DNA of 63,976 bases, counting the filler, from Basidioascus undulatus (Eukaryota): NCBI GenBank assembly GCA_000826855.1. It is 3 parts of 3 records of this genome, joined end to end, with 100 filler letters (N's around TTAATTAATTAA, not from the genome) between each part and the next. Parts side by side here need not be neighbours in the genome. Positions count along the whole stretch, not along the records: positions 21,821 to 43,530 come from JTLS01000323.1; 2 more parts are not named here. The stretch is one strand, 5' to 3'. The notes below the pieces were generated by a model. That model worked only from the letters and a program-made list of their open reading frames with translations, was not told where the DNA came from and did no database searches. A program made the position numbers and the translations under genes. Shown piece by piece: positions 25,668 to 39,370 of the stretch (position 1 is its first letter; every line of letters begins with the position of its first letter).

Positions 25668-26765
25668 TCAAGTGAACCCCCTCACGCCGAGCACGCGCCG
25701 GACGTCGGTCGTGAAGCGGAGCGAGTCGAGGAAGGGGAGAAGGTCGAGGAGCGCCTCGTCCGAGGGGTCCGAGATCCAGCCGGGGATGGGGATGCCGTTG
25801 GCTGGGTGAAAAGTAAGGAAGGTGCAAGCCAGTGTCAGGCGAGAGCGAAGGACAGGGGAGAGAAGGAGGGCGGGAGACGAACCAGGATTGATAGAGTACG
25901 AGGCGGGCGAGTTGTCGATGAGCGCGACGCGCGAGAGGTCTGAGTCGACCACGTCGAGGTCTTTCATGTACGAGCCGTTAGGGGATTGGGTGCATGACTG
26001 GGCAGAGAAAAACGCAAGAATGTGAGATCTGGTCGAGTCGGGTGGGGTGGGGGGGGGGGGAGGAAGATCGGGACTCACTTCTCGGAAGAGCCGCCGCGTG
26101 AGGATCCCCCGCCCGGCGTCAAGCCAGTCGATCACGGGGTCCGCGTACTCTTGCATCGACGCGGTGAAGATGACGAGGGTGTACCAGGAGGCGACCTTCA
26201 GAGAGATAAGGCATAAAAGTCAGGAAGGGAGAGGAGGTGAGTGAATGGATGGGGCTGGAGACGCACCTTCTTCAAAAAGAAGTCGACATGCGGGCGCTTA
26301 TAGACATGGTAAAGCACGCTCCTCCCCTCCAACACGACCTCGACCATGTGCGCGCTCCCGCCTCCTACGCCGCCCCCGCCAAACCCGAGGCTGAGCAGCC
26401 CGCTGCCCCCGCCCGTGCCGGACGGCGGGCGGGACGTAGAGTGGATGAGCGTCTCGTCGAGGTCGAGCACGAGCGTCTTGGGGAGGTGCAGCCCCGTTAT
26501 GGGCGCGGGTATTCGCGCCTTGGGGGGCGGCGTGCGCCGCCCGGACGCGGATGAGCCGGGCGCGGCAAGGAGGTGGTTCGAGCCGTAGATCGGGCTGGGG
26601 AGGAGGGAGGAGGACGCGGGAGGTTTGGGACGGCGAGCGACGGAAGGGGAGGAGGATAAGGAGGGGATGATCGGTTTGAGGTGACGCGTGGGAGGGGAAC
26701 GGGGCGCGGGTTGCGGTGGGCCGGGGTATGGAGGAGGGGGCGTGTCGGGCGAGTCGACAGACGTG
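25668..26765 (-). CDS. NEM1: NIF/FCP1-like HAD phosphatase, Nem1/CTDNEP1 type; 5' part missing
   Basis: [111 protein letters not shown]. Confidence 0.88.
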
Positions 26766-29700
26766 CGGAGCAGCGCGTCCAGTCGCTCCGCCTCGCGAGC
26801 CTGCTGCTTCTGCTTCTCGACCCCGCCGCTTTCGCCGACCACCTCCAGTCCGCCGAGCCGGGCACCTCCCTCCCCGACGTCTTCATGTCCGTCCTCTTCG
26901 CGTCGAACGCCTTTAGCCCGCACACCCACGCGCGCGCCCTGGAGGAGTACACGCGCCTCGTTCTCAACGAGCTCCCCCCGCACGAGCGCCCGCACAACCT
27001 CCTCGACCCGCCCCTGTACGACACGCTCGCGGACCATGCGACGGACGTTGTCGCGCGCCATGTGCGCATGGAGGTGGACCCCGCTTCGGGCGCGCAGAAG
27101 AAGGACGAGTACGAGAAGCGCGTCAAGACCGAGTGGCTGCGGTTCGCGAGCCTCATCGGCGAGCTCAACGCGCGCGCGCAGTACCCCCTGCACCTCGCAC
27201 TCACCGACCGCGACGCGCTCGTCGTCCAGGCCGAGGCGATCTCCGCCCCCGTCGCGGAAGACCCAACGCAGCTGCTCCACCGCCTGGCGTCCGCCGACCC
27301 GGCTACGCGCGACGCGTTCCTCGACGCCGCGCCCGTGGCCGTCGAGCCGTACGCGCCCGCGCTGGCGCCGCAAGACCGGCGCGCGGCAGTGGTCAACGTC
27401 CTCGGGCTTGCGCAAGCGCTCGTCGGCGCGCTGCCTCTTGACAGACTGCGCGCGCTCGAGGACGCCGTGCAGGCTGTCGCGCGCGGGGAGATGACGGGCG
27501 CGAAGGAGGACGTCCTGCGTCAAGTGTGGAACGAGAAGGGCGCGCCTGTCGTCCCTCCCGCGGTGAGGGAGCAGGTGGCCGGCGCACTCGCGAACGCGCA
27601 GGACCTCGAGCCCTCCGTCGAGGCGGCGCTAGAAGTCCTCGCATCCTCGAGCGTCCTCCCCGGCGCAGGTGGCGGCGGAGCCGACTCCGCGCCCTCCGAC
27701 CTCGGCAACACGCTCATCGCCTCGCACCTCGCCTCGGCGTTCCACGACCGCTACGCCCTCGCGCGGAACGTGCTCTTCCTCGTGTGCTTTGCGCACACGC
27801 TCGACCGCCTCGCCGCGCCCGCCAGGACGCTCAACACGGCCCTCGCCGTCGCGCACACGGCCAGCCTCCTGCGGTGGCTTGCCCAGCGCGGGGCGGCGGA
27901 CGAGCCGGTGGAGGACGAGGACCAAACAGAGGACGAGAACGACGGCCTTGCTGACCGACTCGGCTCTCTCCGCGTCTCTGGCGGCGGCGGCGACTCCGCC
28001 GCCCGCCTCCCTACGACGTCGCTCCTGCACGCGCTCCTGCGGACGCACCAGTTCGGGGTCTCCCTCCCCGCGCAGGCGCCCTCCCCACTCGCGCTCGCAC
28101 AGGCCGCATCGGCGTTTTTGGGCGCGACGGGCGCGCTCGAGCAGCCCACGCTGGCGGCGCGCCCGGTCGACACCCGCCTCGCGTTCGCGCTGTACCGCTT
28201 TAGGTGGGGCACGCTCGCGAGCGAGTTGTGCCGCGCGTTCTGGAAAGGCGGGGTCGGCGTCGCGTATGTGAGGGGCCGCGCGGGGGTCGATGCGGGCCGG
28301 TGGGACGAGGCGAGGGAGGAGCTTGAGAAGGCTGCTGTGGGCGTTGGTGCGTTTCTGTCTCTCCCCCTTGCTATCACCGATACTGTCCCGGGGAGCTGAC
28401 ATCAATCCCGGTAGTCTCCAACGACCCCTCCCTCCGCGAGATCCTCCCCGCGGACGTGGACTCCCTCTCGGCATACTACGCGCACGTCGCGGCCGTGTTT
28501 GACCACGCGGGCGTCGACGCGCATGTCGCGCACTTTGCGCAGCTCGCGATCGACGAGAAGCCGCGCGGCGAGGAGGCCGGCGACGACGCGCGGGAGCTGT
28601 GGTTCAAGGTCTTCCGCGCGCAGGCGGCGCGAGGCAAGTACGAGGACGCGTACGCCGCGCTGATGGGCATGCCGTTTGAGGACCTGTGCGTGCTGTTTTT
28701 CTACTTTCTCTTGGCCTATCACCTTATCCCTTCGTTCGTCGGCTGAAGCAAAGTTCGTCACCGGTTGCAGGAAGCGCGAATCCCTCCGCCACCTCATCTC
28801 GGTCATGTGCGAGTCGGGCGACGTCGCGCGCCTGACGCAGTTCAGCTTTGTCGGGCTCCAACCCGAGGTTGAGCGCACACTCGCCTTCAAGGCGCGTAAC
28901 TCGGACCCGCTCGCGCGGCCAAACTATTACGAGGTCCTGCACGCTTACCATGTCTTCCGTGGCGACTTCCGGAGCGGTACGCGGTGTTCAGCCTCCCTTC
29001 TTATTAATTTTAGGAGTTCGCTGACGTGCCGGGTGGTCGATACGACAGCGGGCGCGATCATGTACCAGCAGGGACGGCGCCTGGCGGAAGTCCAATGTCG
29101 GCCTGGGGAGTTCGGGGACATTGCGACGCTCCAGGCGCAGAGTTACCTCGCTGCGATCAACGCGCTTGCGCTCGTCGAAAAGCAGCACGCTTGGGTCGCA
29201 CTGCCCGTTGCGCCCGAGGCCGCTCTGCGAGTGCGTTCCACGCTATTCTGACTTGCTCGACCGCGAGAACGCGCAGAGAGCTGACAGTGGGTTGGTGGCT
29301 ATGAACAGACACGCAAGCGCCGCAAGTTGACTGTGCACCTGCCCGAGTCCGAGTTCGCTCCCGAGACGAAGGACCTCGAGGTCGTGAAGCTCGACGACAT
29401 GCGGCGCGAGTACACGCTCGTCCTCGCCCGGCTCCAGCTCTCCCAGCACTTCCCCGAGCTCGCCTCGTCCAGTGCGTCGTTCGCATCCCGTCCCTCCCTC
29501 ATCCGACTAGACTCGGCTAACGGCACGCCGCCGCTCGCTGTGTAGATCTCTCCCTGGCAGCTGAGGACGTCGTCGCGCTCTTTGTTCAGCGCGGGCTGTT
29601 CGGCCTCGCCATCTCGTCAGCGCGCACGCTCGACGTCGACATGACTGGGCTTTTCGCGTCTCTGACGATGCGGTGCGTGCAGCTCTCGAAGTTGGGCGAC

Positions 29701-30404
29701 TTTGCGGAGTACGTGTCGTTTTAGCTGTTTGTCACTTTTGTCCACATACTGATGAAGCCGTCTTGGATATAAGGGAATCCGAACTTGGATTATGGATCCT
29801 CCTCGACGACCAGGCCTCGTGCTGGGAGGGCTCGCTCGCGGACCGCGCGTGGCGGTACCTCCAGCTCGCGCTCGAGCGGCACGACACGCCCGAGGCGGAG
29901 CACCGGTACCGCTCTGTTGTGCTCGAGCAGATTCTGGAGCTTGACAGAAGGTTCGGGATCCCGGCTTGGCTGTTACGGATGTTCGAGGTGAGTTCGCTTT
30001 CGATCTGTCTGTGAGCGAGGGAATCAGTGGACCGACGACCCGATGTCGACGCCCAGTATGACCCTGCCCATCTTATCCGGGCGTTCGCGCGATATGAGCT
30101 GTACGAGGACGCGCTGCAGACGGCGATTGCGATGGTGCGGAAGGTGCGTGTAGCGTTCATCAGACGTTGGTTACAACACATAACGGCGTAACTGATTTTT
30201 CCGTTCTGGTTACAGACCACGAGCTCGCTGCAGCAGAAGCCGACCCGCCACGCCGCGGGGACGTGGCTGCCGTACGCGCTCATCGACCAGCTCGTTGCGT
30301 CTGCGCGTGGAGTCGAGGACCCGCGCGTGCGGGAACTGGTGCGGGAGCTGGAGGGTGAGATAAGGAGACGGGTGGGCGCCGTGGAGAGGGTGTGGGGGTC
30401 TTGA
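26765..30404 (+). CDS. NUP160: Nucleoporin Nup160/Nup120, helical region; N-terminal beta-propeller absent
   Basis: VLFASNAFSPHTHARALEEY, YYAHVAAVFD, LWFKVF..KYEDAYAALMGMPF, LRHLISVMCE..FSFVGLQPEVERTLAFKARN, YYEVLHAYHVFRGDFRSAGAIMYQQ, VVKLDDMRREY, TWLPYALIDQL; stop at 30402-30404. Confidence 0.85.
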
Positions 30405-31550
30405 ATTGTTATTATACGTACGCACTGCGAAAGACCTGAAGCTGTGGATTGCAATGCCATCGCGCGCCGGCGGGAAGGGGGATGTCTATTGTGCGGCGCG
30501 TGCGCTGTGGACCGGAATGGCATCAACCGTCTCGAGACGACGACCTCGGTCAATGGGGCGCTCATCATGTCATCTTTCATGGTTGCGTAAAAAAATATAG
30601 ATTACGGGCTGGCAGACGTGCCCAGTGCCATGCCGAAGGCAGACTCGCTGTCGTGTTCACTTCGCGACGCACTCGGAGAGCACCCGTGCAAACTGAACTC
30701 GGCTAGAGGCTTGACGAAAGCTTGCAGCGGATTTCGGTGTGAAAGGGTCGAGAAATTGCGCTCAGATGATTCTCGCTGAGATATAGTTCAAAGGAGCGCT
30801 TCTCAGAAAATCCTTCCGACTCTCGTCTCGGCGTGGCCCCTGCTAGGCTTCAGGCTCAATATCTTTGTTAGACGGAACACTTCAAAAAAAGAAAAAAGGG
30901 GATATTGTGAAATGCTTGGTCGGCTTCCGATGGACCGTCGAAGCGGAGAGACCAACAGAGACTGAGGTCGTGCGCGAACTCCTTTCAAGTCAACAGCATG
31001 CTCGGACTGTCCGAAACATGTCTGAAATGCGTTATGTAATCGCAACACAGGAACTGGAGCGCCGAGAGCCCGGGAGAGAAGGACAGCAACAGGAATGGGA
31101 GATCGTAAATGCGGGAAGCAAGACAACTGAATAAAAGTGTTCTTGTGGGGAGGCGAGGAATAACATTGAGAGGCTATGCGAGTGCTATGAGGGCAACAAC
31201 AGAACAGAAAAGGCGGGAAAATGAGGACAAGAAAGGGACGAGTTGGGATGCTGAAACAACAGGAGAACGACGATTGAGCTGAGACGATGAGGGGAGAAAT
31301 TAGGGATCGGAAGGTGTAGAGCCAGAAAAAGAATACGAAAAGAATTATCGTTGAGGAAACTCGGGTATAGCTTAACGAACTCGAACCGCAGTTAAAAGAC
31401 GAAGGCGACTACGACGGAGCTTCCATCAACCTTCCTACACATCTCCCTCCTCCTTCCTTCCCTTTTTCTTCCTCCTTCTCCTCCATCTCTCCAATAGTCT
31501 CCACCCCCAGTGAGTTATATGCGCAAGTCAACTACACCGCGAGCTCGCGC

Positions 31551-33281
31551 TCACGGCGCGGAAACAGCGCTGCCGCCCCGGACACTGCGCGCACTGGCAG
31601 CCATCGCGGCCTTCCGGCCCCGCTTGCCGCCTTTGCCCCCGCCGCCACCGCCGCGGTAAGAAGCCGCCGTGGTGGAGAACGTTCGCTTGGAGGGAGTCTT
31701 TTGGCGTGGTCTGTTGTGCTGGCGCTCGTACAGCTGCGGGGGGAGATGGAGGGGATGTCAGAGGAGATGGGACGGAGGGAAGTATAGCGGGCATGGAGAG
31801 ATTGTGTGAGATGGAGAAGGGATATAGGAAGGCTGAAGAAGAAGGGGAAAGGGCCACAGGGGAAGGGGAAAATAGGGAGACGTACTCCGCAGGCGTTGCA
31901 GGACTTCGCACCGGGCACGAGGCACGACCGGCGCCAGAAGGGAGAGCTGTCTGTCCCGCAGTTCTGCGACAACAAAATCGATTCAGGACTGGGTTTATGG
32001 GAAGAAATGCGTAGAAACGGACATAGCAGACGCTCGAGTCGAGAGTGAGAGGGATCTTGCGGGCCGAGGGCGCAGAGGTGGCCGAAAGGGAGGGAGAAGG
32101 GGAAGGGGAGCGCGGAGAGGTGGAGATGGAGGAGCGCCGGCGCGTATGCGGGCTGTTTGAGGGGAGATGTTGGGTCAGTGATGGTCGTCTGTAGTGTAGG
32201 ACGGCGTTGAAATGCTTGAGATGAACGGCACTCACCGAGGATTGCTGTCCTCCATCCTGATTTCACTAATGCGCCTCCCCAGCACCCTCGCTTCCCTAGC
32301 GTCCGCCTCAGAAGGAGAATACTCGCTCCCATCCTCGTCGCTCCCATCACCCTCATCCATCTCATCTCCCGCCGCGCCCTCGTCGAGCCCCATCTCCCGC
32401 TCAGGCGACGGCGTCCACGCAGCCCCGCTCCCACAGCCCCAGTCGTCCTCGAGCGCCCCGACGCCCCAGGTCGAGCACGAAATGCTGCTCGGCGAGGGGC
32501 TGGCCGGCTGGGCGTAGGGCTCGGGGAAAGGCAGAGAGCGCAGGAGATGGGTCGAGCGCGGCGTCCAGGTCGCGAGGAGCATCGGGGAAGCGGGCGCTGC
32601 AACGGGGTGAATGTCGGAAGAGGAGGTCGTTGTGCGGAGGGAGGAGAGTGGGCGCGTCGTGTTGGGATATGGGTAGGCAGTTGGAAGGAGCTCCATGGTG
32701 TTTGGGAAAAATGGGCGGGGGGAGATGGTCGGAGAGATGGGCGGAGCGAGGAAGCCAGACCCGGTCGGGGGCGAAATCGCTGTTGGCAATGTGCCTGTGG
32801 AAAGATGGAGGAGCGCGGCTTCTGTTGCCGCTGTCGTGAAAACGGTGCGTCTGAAAGATAAACATTTGTTAGCAGTAGTACTACGAGATAGCGCTCAGCA
32901 AAGAAGGTCACTGACGTCTCACACCGAGCGGAAGCCGAAACTCGAACCTGCAATGCGGGACCACGGTGTGTGCGGGGCTGTGCGGAGGCTGAAGGAAAGA
33001 TGGTGGAAGAGGAAGGAGAGATTCTGTGCAGGCGATCGTCGTGTATTTCAGCCCAGAGCGGAGAGCGTGTTTGCTGCAAGGAGCGAGCAGATCGTGGCAT
33101 GCGGGCTAGATCTCACCCGCTGCAGTCGCTGGTGGAATTGCGCGTATGGAGAGTTGCGCAAGCTGGGCCCTGAGATACTAGGAACCGAATATCCACTGCG
33201 ATAGAGTTTCAGCCCTCGGGCCCAAGCGGGGGGGCGAACGGAAAGCGGAGAGGATGCAGCGGCATTGCTGGCGGCCGTCAT
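31551..33281 (-). CDS. GATA-type zinc-finger transcription factor (copy 1; start uncertain)
   Basis: Spliced finger VCY|NCGTDSSPFWRRSCLVPGAKSCNACG|LYERQHNRPR after a long Ser/Pro-rich and acidic region; stop at 31551-31553. Confidence 0.8.
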
Positions 33282-35336
33282 TGCCTTCGTTGCCACGTCT
33301 CCTTCTCTATCTGGGGGCTTCTGTGTAGAGTCTCAGGAGTAACAGAGATCCAGAAGCATATAGGAAGATATTCATATAAGGAGAATAGCGTCTGCTTATC
33401 GCAATGTCCCCATTGCGAATGGAAGGTCGATTGCAATCCTCGACAGCACAGTCCGCAACGGCCCGCTGCGAGTGAACGATGTGTAAGCGAAACTATCGCG
33501 TCAACAAGTCCACATCGTCACCTCAATCAAAATGATAATAACGAATTATCACTCCCTACATGGTATACAGCATCATTGTCGTTCATGTGACGGCGATTGG
33601 CCGTTGACGCAGCACAAGTGGGTACCAGGGTTTTATGTTCGTTGCGCACTCTGGGCGCGAGAAGATGGTCTTCAGCGGGTGATAGCTCCCTTGAAACCCA
33701 CCGGCATATTACTCAAGTGTCCACCAAGTATCTCTTCTGAATGTCCGTGTCATCGTGGACGAATAGGTTCGGCGATCTTGCAGTGGCCGGTGCCCAAACC
33801 ACCGCCCAATTCCGGGGATGCAATTGCACCTTGGCGCATTCGTGAACCATCCACTGCACAAAGGATAAGACACTTTTAATTTCCGTCGTATTCGGTTAAA
33901 TGCACAAAGTTTGCACTCCTCCGAGGATGATCTGCACAGATTTCCCGGGCTGTTCCGAGCTGTGCCGGACCGAAAGTTTGTTGTGGCAGACAAATTAAAC
34001 GAGGCTTAAAGTATGAGTATACGTTTCAGAGAAGCGGGATGGCTCACACTTCCTCAGGTGGAAGAGAAAGGCAAGTGGTTGAAGCACAGTCTCGTATCCG
34101 CTCGCCCACGCACTCGGTGCTCGCACTGCGATGCGCAAGTTGTGCGAAACGATTCGAAAGATTTGGTAGTTATCCACATGCTTTAAACCGTTCGTGGAAC
34201 CTTGGCGATGCGATTACGACCTCACCTTCTGGCTTTCAGGCATGTTTGCGCGACTACAGGCTGTGAGCAGCCTCGGATCGTCGACAACACCGTGTGACTG
34301 GCGCAATGGTGAGGAAGTGACAGGTATAAACAACTAGAGTAGAACATGATTTGGATTACTGAGCATTCAATCAGGAAGGTTCGGTACACCCTCCGCTTAC
34401 AGTCGGAAGCGCACGTTGCGGCTGTGGTCGCCAGCAGTCAGCCTTCTCCATCTTGGGCCTCCCAAGACTGGACCGGTACATACAGGAAGGATGGTTCTGA
34501 GATACTATTTAGATAAATGCGCAGGAGTCTCGACAGTCCGAGGAGACAGCCGGTGTTCAGTGCTACTGAGCGCGGAGTACTGCTGTCCCTGCACACAACA
34601 GGCCCTGAGATGTTACGCTGGTGACCTGCTTGTATACCTCACAATGCAGAGTCAGGAATAATTATGAATTTTTCAATCATGTAATTATCTTGCAAACACG
34701 AGAGACGCCCTATCTAAAATTGCACTGAGAGCGGTGAGTCCAGGGACCACGTCAGCCAAGTGGATCGGACGAAGGTAGCAGTCAGTTGCTAGCACACCCG
34801 ACTTGAGCAGCCCTTCTTGTTTGCTTTGTGCTCAGCAGAGGCGCCCTAGACGCCCAGGTTCACCACTGAGAGGATGGACACGCAGCGTACGCTGCGAAAC
34901 TCGACCCGACTGCCACAGTGGCGACCTGTGCTCGTCCGCCATAGGGAGTCTACTACCTGCAACCGCCAAAAGACAGATTTTTTTTAACTCTCAGTTCTTC
35001 TTATCCATGACTGTGGCAACGTCTCAGAGACTGAAACTTGCCACTCTGCTTCTCACCTCGATGCTCTTGTTCTGTTTCACGTTCACGGAAGCAATGGCAT
35101 ACGTGACCAAGCTGACACGCCTGCTACCCCAGCCTGAATGGACCTCGTCTGGAGTCTGGAGCCCGCCTTGACCTCCCACCACCGTCTTGATTCCCCTCTT
35201 CATTGCTCCCGCCAAGCACACATACACACACGAGACGCTCGCTATACAGCTTGCATAGACCCCATTTGCTCTTTCACCTAGACCGACACACCCTCTCTCC
35301 ACCCCATCACCAGCAGTTCCGGCGTCTTCTCCGGCC

Positions 35337-36365
35337 ATGTTTACCGGTCTTGTGCGTCTTCTTCGATGCACGCGACCGATTGGCCGCACGCTGATTCGAG
35401 GGGATCAGATTGAGCTCGTAGGAAGGGTTTCTGGTATCGAGGAGAGGGATACTTCCTCGGAGGGTGGCGGCGGGTGGACCATCACCATTAGCGACGCGAG
35501 CGAGATTCTGGGGGACTGCCACAACGGGGACTCGATTGCGGTCAACGGTGAGTGCGCATGTACGGTCGCGCATTCTTCGGCGCTAGCTGACAGGCGTAGA
35601 TGTGGGGGCGGTGCAGGCACTTGTTTGACTGTGACGAGCTTCACCGAGAACAGCTTCAAGGTCGGCCTCGCACCTGAGACGCTCAACCGGACAAACCTTG
35701 GCTCCTTGACGGTGGGAAGCAAGGTCAACCTGGAGCGGGCGATGCTGCCTAATACGCGACTTGGAGGTCATCTGGTTCAGGTTCGTCTCCAGCCCCTGTG
35801 TGCCGGAAGCGCTGCGGTGGATGGGGCTTACATGTGGCGGACAGGGTCACGTTGACACGACAGCGACGATCGTCTCCTCCACGCCCGACGGAAACTCTCT
35901 CCGCCTCACCTTCTCTTTCCCTTCCGGTACCTCCGAGATTCCCTCCATCGCGCCGTACCTCATCCCGAAGGGGTACATCACGCTGGACGGCGCGTCGCTC
36001 ACGCTCACGGCCGTCTCGCCCCCGGAGCGCACGTTCAGCGTCATGCTCGTCTCGTACACGCAGGGCAAGATCACGCTGCCCTCCAAAAACGTCGGGGACA
36101 AGGTGAACGTCGAGGTGGACATGGTCGGCAAGTACGTCGAGCGCAGCGTCGAGGCGCTCTTTGCGGACGAGGCCGCCGACGACGGCGAGGAGGGCGAGGG
36201 CAAGGTCCGCGCGCTCGAGGGCTTTGTCGAGCGCGCCGTGGAGAGGGTGCTGGAGCGCAAGGGCTTGACCGGGAAGGCCGTACGTCTCTTTGGCCTGTTT
36301 ACGTGTCCTCGAGCTGGTCTTGCTGACCGCTTGCGTTGATGCAGGCTTACGTCCTTGGCCGTTGA
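35337..36365 (+). CDS. RIB5: Riboflavin synthase
   Basis: MFTGL|IELVG, GDSIAVNG|TCLTVT, GLAPETLNRTNLG, VNLERAM, RLGGHLVQ|GHVD, PKGYITLDGASLT, VNVEVDMVGKY. Confidence 0.96.
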
Positions 36366-37476
36366 ACTTCTTCTCCTTTCCGGCTTCCTTCGGGTTTCCT
36401 CGTCACGAGGCTCGAATGCACGTATACCTGTGATTCTGCGCTGCTCTGCTCTTCTTGTACCCTCCTCGACTGCGGCCACCCGAATGTGGTAGAATTTTTG
36501 TCGATATAATATGTATGCGTTGGGATCGGGTCGTCCGTACAGCCGTCATTCAAGTCATATCGGATGCACTCGCAGCGTCGTGCCAAGGTGTCGGTCATCC
36601 ATCGCGTCATCAGTCCTCTGCCTCATCGCGCGGGTTCCTGCTTAATGCCACCGAAGGTCGCCTAAAAATGATATCGTGTTATATGCTATACGTTCGACTT
36701 CACGTCCGTGCCTCAGACCTCACCTTCCACATCTCGTGCACTTATGCCGTCTGGCCACGGCGAGACCTAGCTCAATATTTCTGCTACAGTACACCAGCAC
36801 GATTCAAGATCCCAAATCACCACGAACGACAGCGAGACGCCTTCGATGGTCCAAAATTCAAGAACCGGACTCCTGCAAGTCCACTCATATCTTGGACTCT
36901 TCCGCGAAGATGAAACAGACTGACAACACCTCTTCGCGCAGACCTGGTACTGTACAAGTGTTCCACTGTCAGGCGTACAGTACCTGTAACGCCCGTCTCT
37001 CCAGGGAGGTTGCTCGAACATAGAAGGAACATGCATAGGCGGTGTGCACACTTTCGAGGTTACGTGCTTCCGTGGCCCTGATTCAATGAGTCGGCTGGTG
37101 GCTGAGGAGAAGACGCAAGTCCCCCGGTCACCTTGACACCCAGGACCGCTCGCACCGAAACCGTCTACTCAGAAATTAAATGTAGTATGCACTCGAGAAC
37201 AAAAGGGCTGGCCAACGTTCAGTGAACGAAAAGAGAAACTGCGAGCGGCGTTGAGAAAAGGGGTGAAGAATGACGACGGCCCGTGGGAATCCGTGCGCAC
37301 TCCTCCGTCGTCGCCGCCGTGTCGTGCCTCGCCCTTTCGTGCCTTGGTCCCCTCTCCCTCTCACCATCTTCCGCTACATGAACCATTCCAAATCTCACGT
37401 CCGCATCGATTCCTTTCTTTCTTAAGCTTACCGATCCCAATTCCGACTCTCTAATTCCCACCCCACCACTCCGACA

Positions 37477-38341
37477 ATGGACCCACCGCCGTACCCACAC
37501 CCACAGCAGGAGAACCAGCCGCCGACGCTCCCGCTCTTCCCCTCGCTCGCGCCCCCCAAGCGCCCCACATCCTCCACCTCCTCCCCGCGCGCCCTCCGCC
37601 CGCTCAAGCTCGAGGAGATCCTCCATGCGCAGGGGGTGAGCCCCGCGAAGGCACGGCGCACGCCGGCGAGAGGACGGAGCAGGCTCAATGCGGGGCAGGG
37701 GGAGCTCGAGGGTGAGTCGCAGGCGTGGACAGTTGGGGAGAGTGGGAAGCTGACTGGGTGAGGTGGTTGTCAGAGTTGGTGAGGAGCGCGCAGATGGAGG
37801 CAGAGGAGGAGAGGAAGGCGAACGTGCCTGAGTCGCCTCTCCAGGCAGCCCGACGCGCGAACGGCGTGCCCGCGTCCCTGCTCTCCTCGCCCCCACGCGC
37901 CAGCGCGTCTGCGTCCGCGTCTGCGTCCCCATACCCATGCTCCACCCGTACGTCCCCCTCTCCCTCTTCAACCTCACCCCACCGCGCACGCTCACCCCCT
38001 CCCGATCCCAAGCGCTCCGCACCTCCCCCTCGCCCCCCCGCCGCGCGCGCGTCTCCCCCCACCCGCACACGCCCACCGACCCCCTGAGCCTCGCGATCCT
38101 CGCCGCCGCCGCCGCTGGGTCGAAGTCTCCCTCCCCGCCCTCGCGCATCCGCAAAGAGCGCGAGAAGGCCAGCGCCCGCGCGCCCACGCTCACGCGCTTG
38201 CCCGGCATCGCGAGCTCGCCTGGCCCGGCGCGGACGCGCAGGCGCGTGGGAGGAGGGGAGGAGGACGACGCGGAGGATATGGTTGGGGAGGGGGCGAGGA
38301 GGCTCCTGTTTAGGAGGAAAAGCTTTGCCGGGCTGCGCTGA
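37477..38341 (+). CDS. Hypothetical Ser/Pro-rich protein with many S/T-P sites (frame ambiguity near 37920-38087)
   Basis: GC-rich coding-like tract, intron 37712-37773; exon 2 frame ends at 38087, and an overlapping frame ends ...GEGARRLLFRRKSFAGLR*. Confidence 0.55.
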
Positions 38342-39370
38342 GCGCTAGGCAGGCGCCTTCGTTCTTCCTTAGCCGCGCAGAGGAATCGCCTTCTTCCTCC
38401 ACTTCTTCTTCGTTTCAAACCGCAAACCCACATTCCCTGCCTTTCATATTCCACCACACATCTCACGACCCTAACGCCCCATGACGACCCCTCGCATCCG
38501 CATCAGTAGTTCCCGCATCCCATCTTATCCCGTCCCGTTCCATTTCGTATTCGCGTCCGTTTCCGCGTCTGTTTTCTTTTCATAAGTTGTGTCGTTTAGC
38601 GTCGTGCTCGCATTTCCTCCCCTCTGTTCTTTTCGCAACTCACCCAACAGTTCTTCGTATAATTTCGCGCACACTTGCCCTCTTCTAAACATACGTTTCC
38701 TTTTCAAAGTCTTGTGCGCTTCGTGTTTCACATGTTTCGCATATCCACATTCTCCTTTTGCTTCAGAGGCGATTTTTATTGGACGTATACTTGGCGGAAG
38801 GTACAGACAGGCACAAGATGCCACAGGCGTGAACGAGACCGAATAACCACCTGCTCAAACCTGCTGGTTGCTGCACCGTTGCCGTCGTTCAGGAACGTAC
38901 GACAGACACACAGTACTTGTGTTATCTTGCATTTCCAAGCCGGCAGGATCTCGGTCGACACTAACCGACGTGCGGGGGTTCTATTTGGGAGGAGAAGCAG
39001 CGAGATTCTGAGTCGCAAGCAGCGTGAGCAGGGGCCAGGCGTCATACTGTCATACTGTATTCTGGCGCTCACCCTTGACAATGAAGTGGCCACCTATGGT
39101 TCCGTCAGTTCCAAGACTATGATCATATAAATGAATATTTAATGTATAGCCAGGACACAAAAAAACTGTGAAACACGCAACGAGGATCTCGGCCAGTCCT
39201 CTCGGAGGTGCTCGGCACGCTGCGACGGGGCACGACGTTCCGGACCGGACCTGGGGCGCCCGAGTCCTCCCGCGCAAGTCCTCTCCCTCGCTCTTGCCAA
39301 CCGACCTCGCGCTCTTCCCCACGCCACCACCACCACCTCCTCCTCGTCTCGCTTCCCGCACCCGCTCATC

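Noticed and set aside
26198..27523. 441-aa minus ORF as full-length NEM1 overlapping NUP160
   Set aside because: Its N-terminal ~250 aa is the antisense shadow of GC-rich NUP160 codons, not credible protein.
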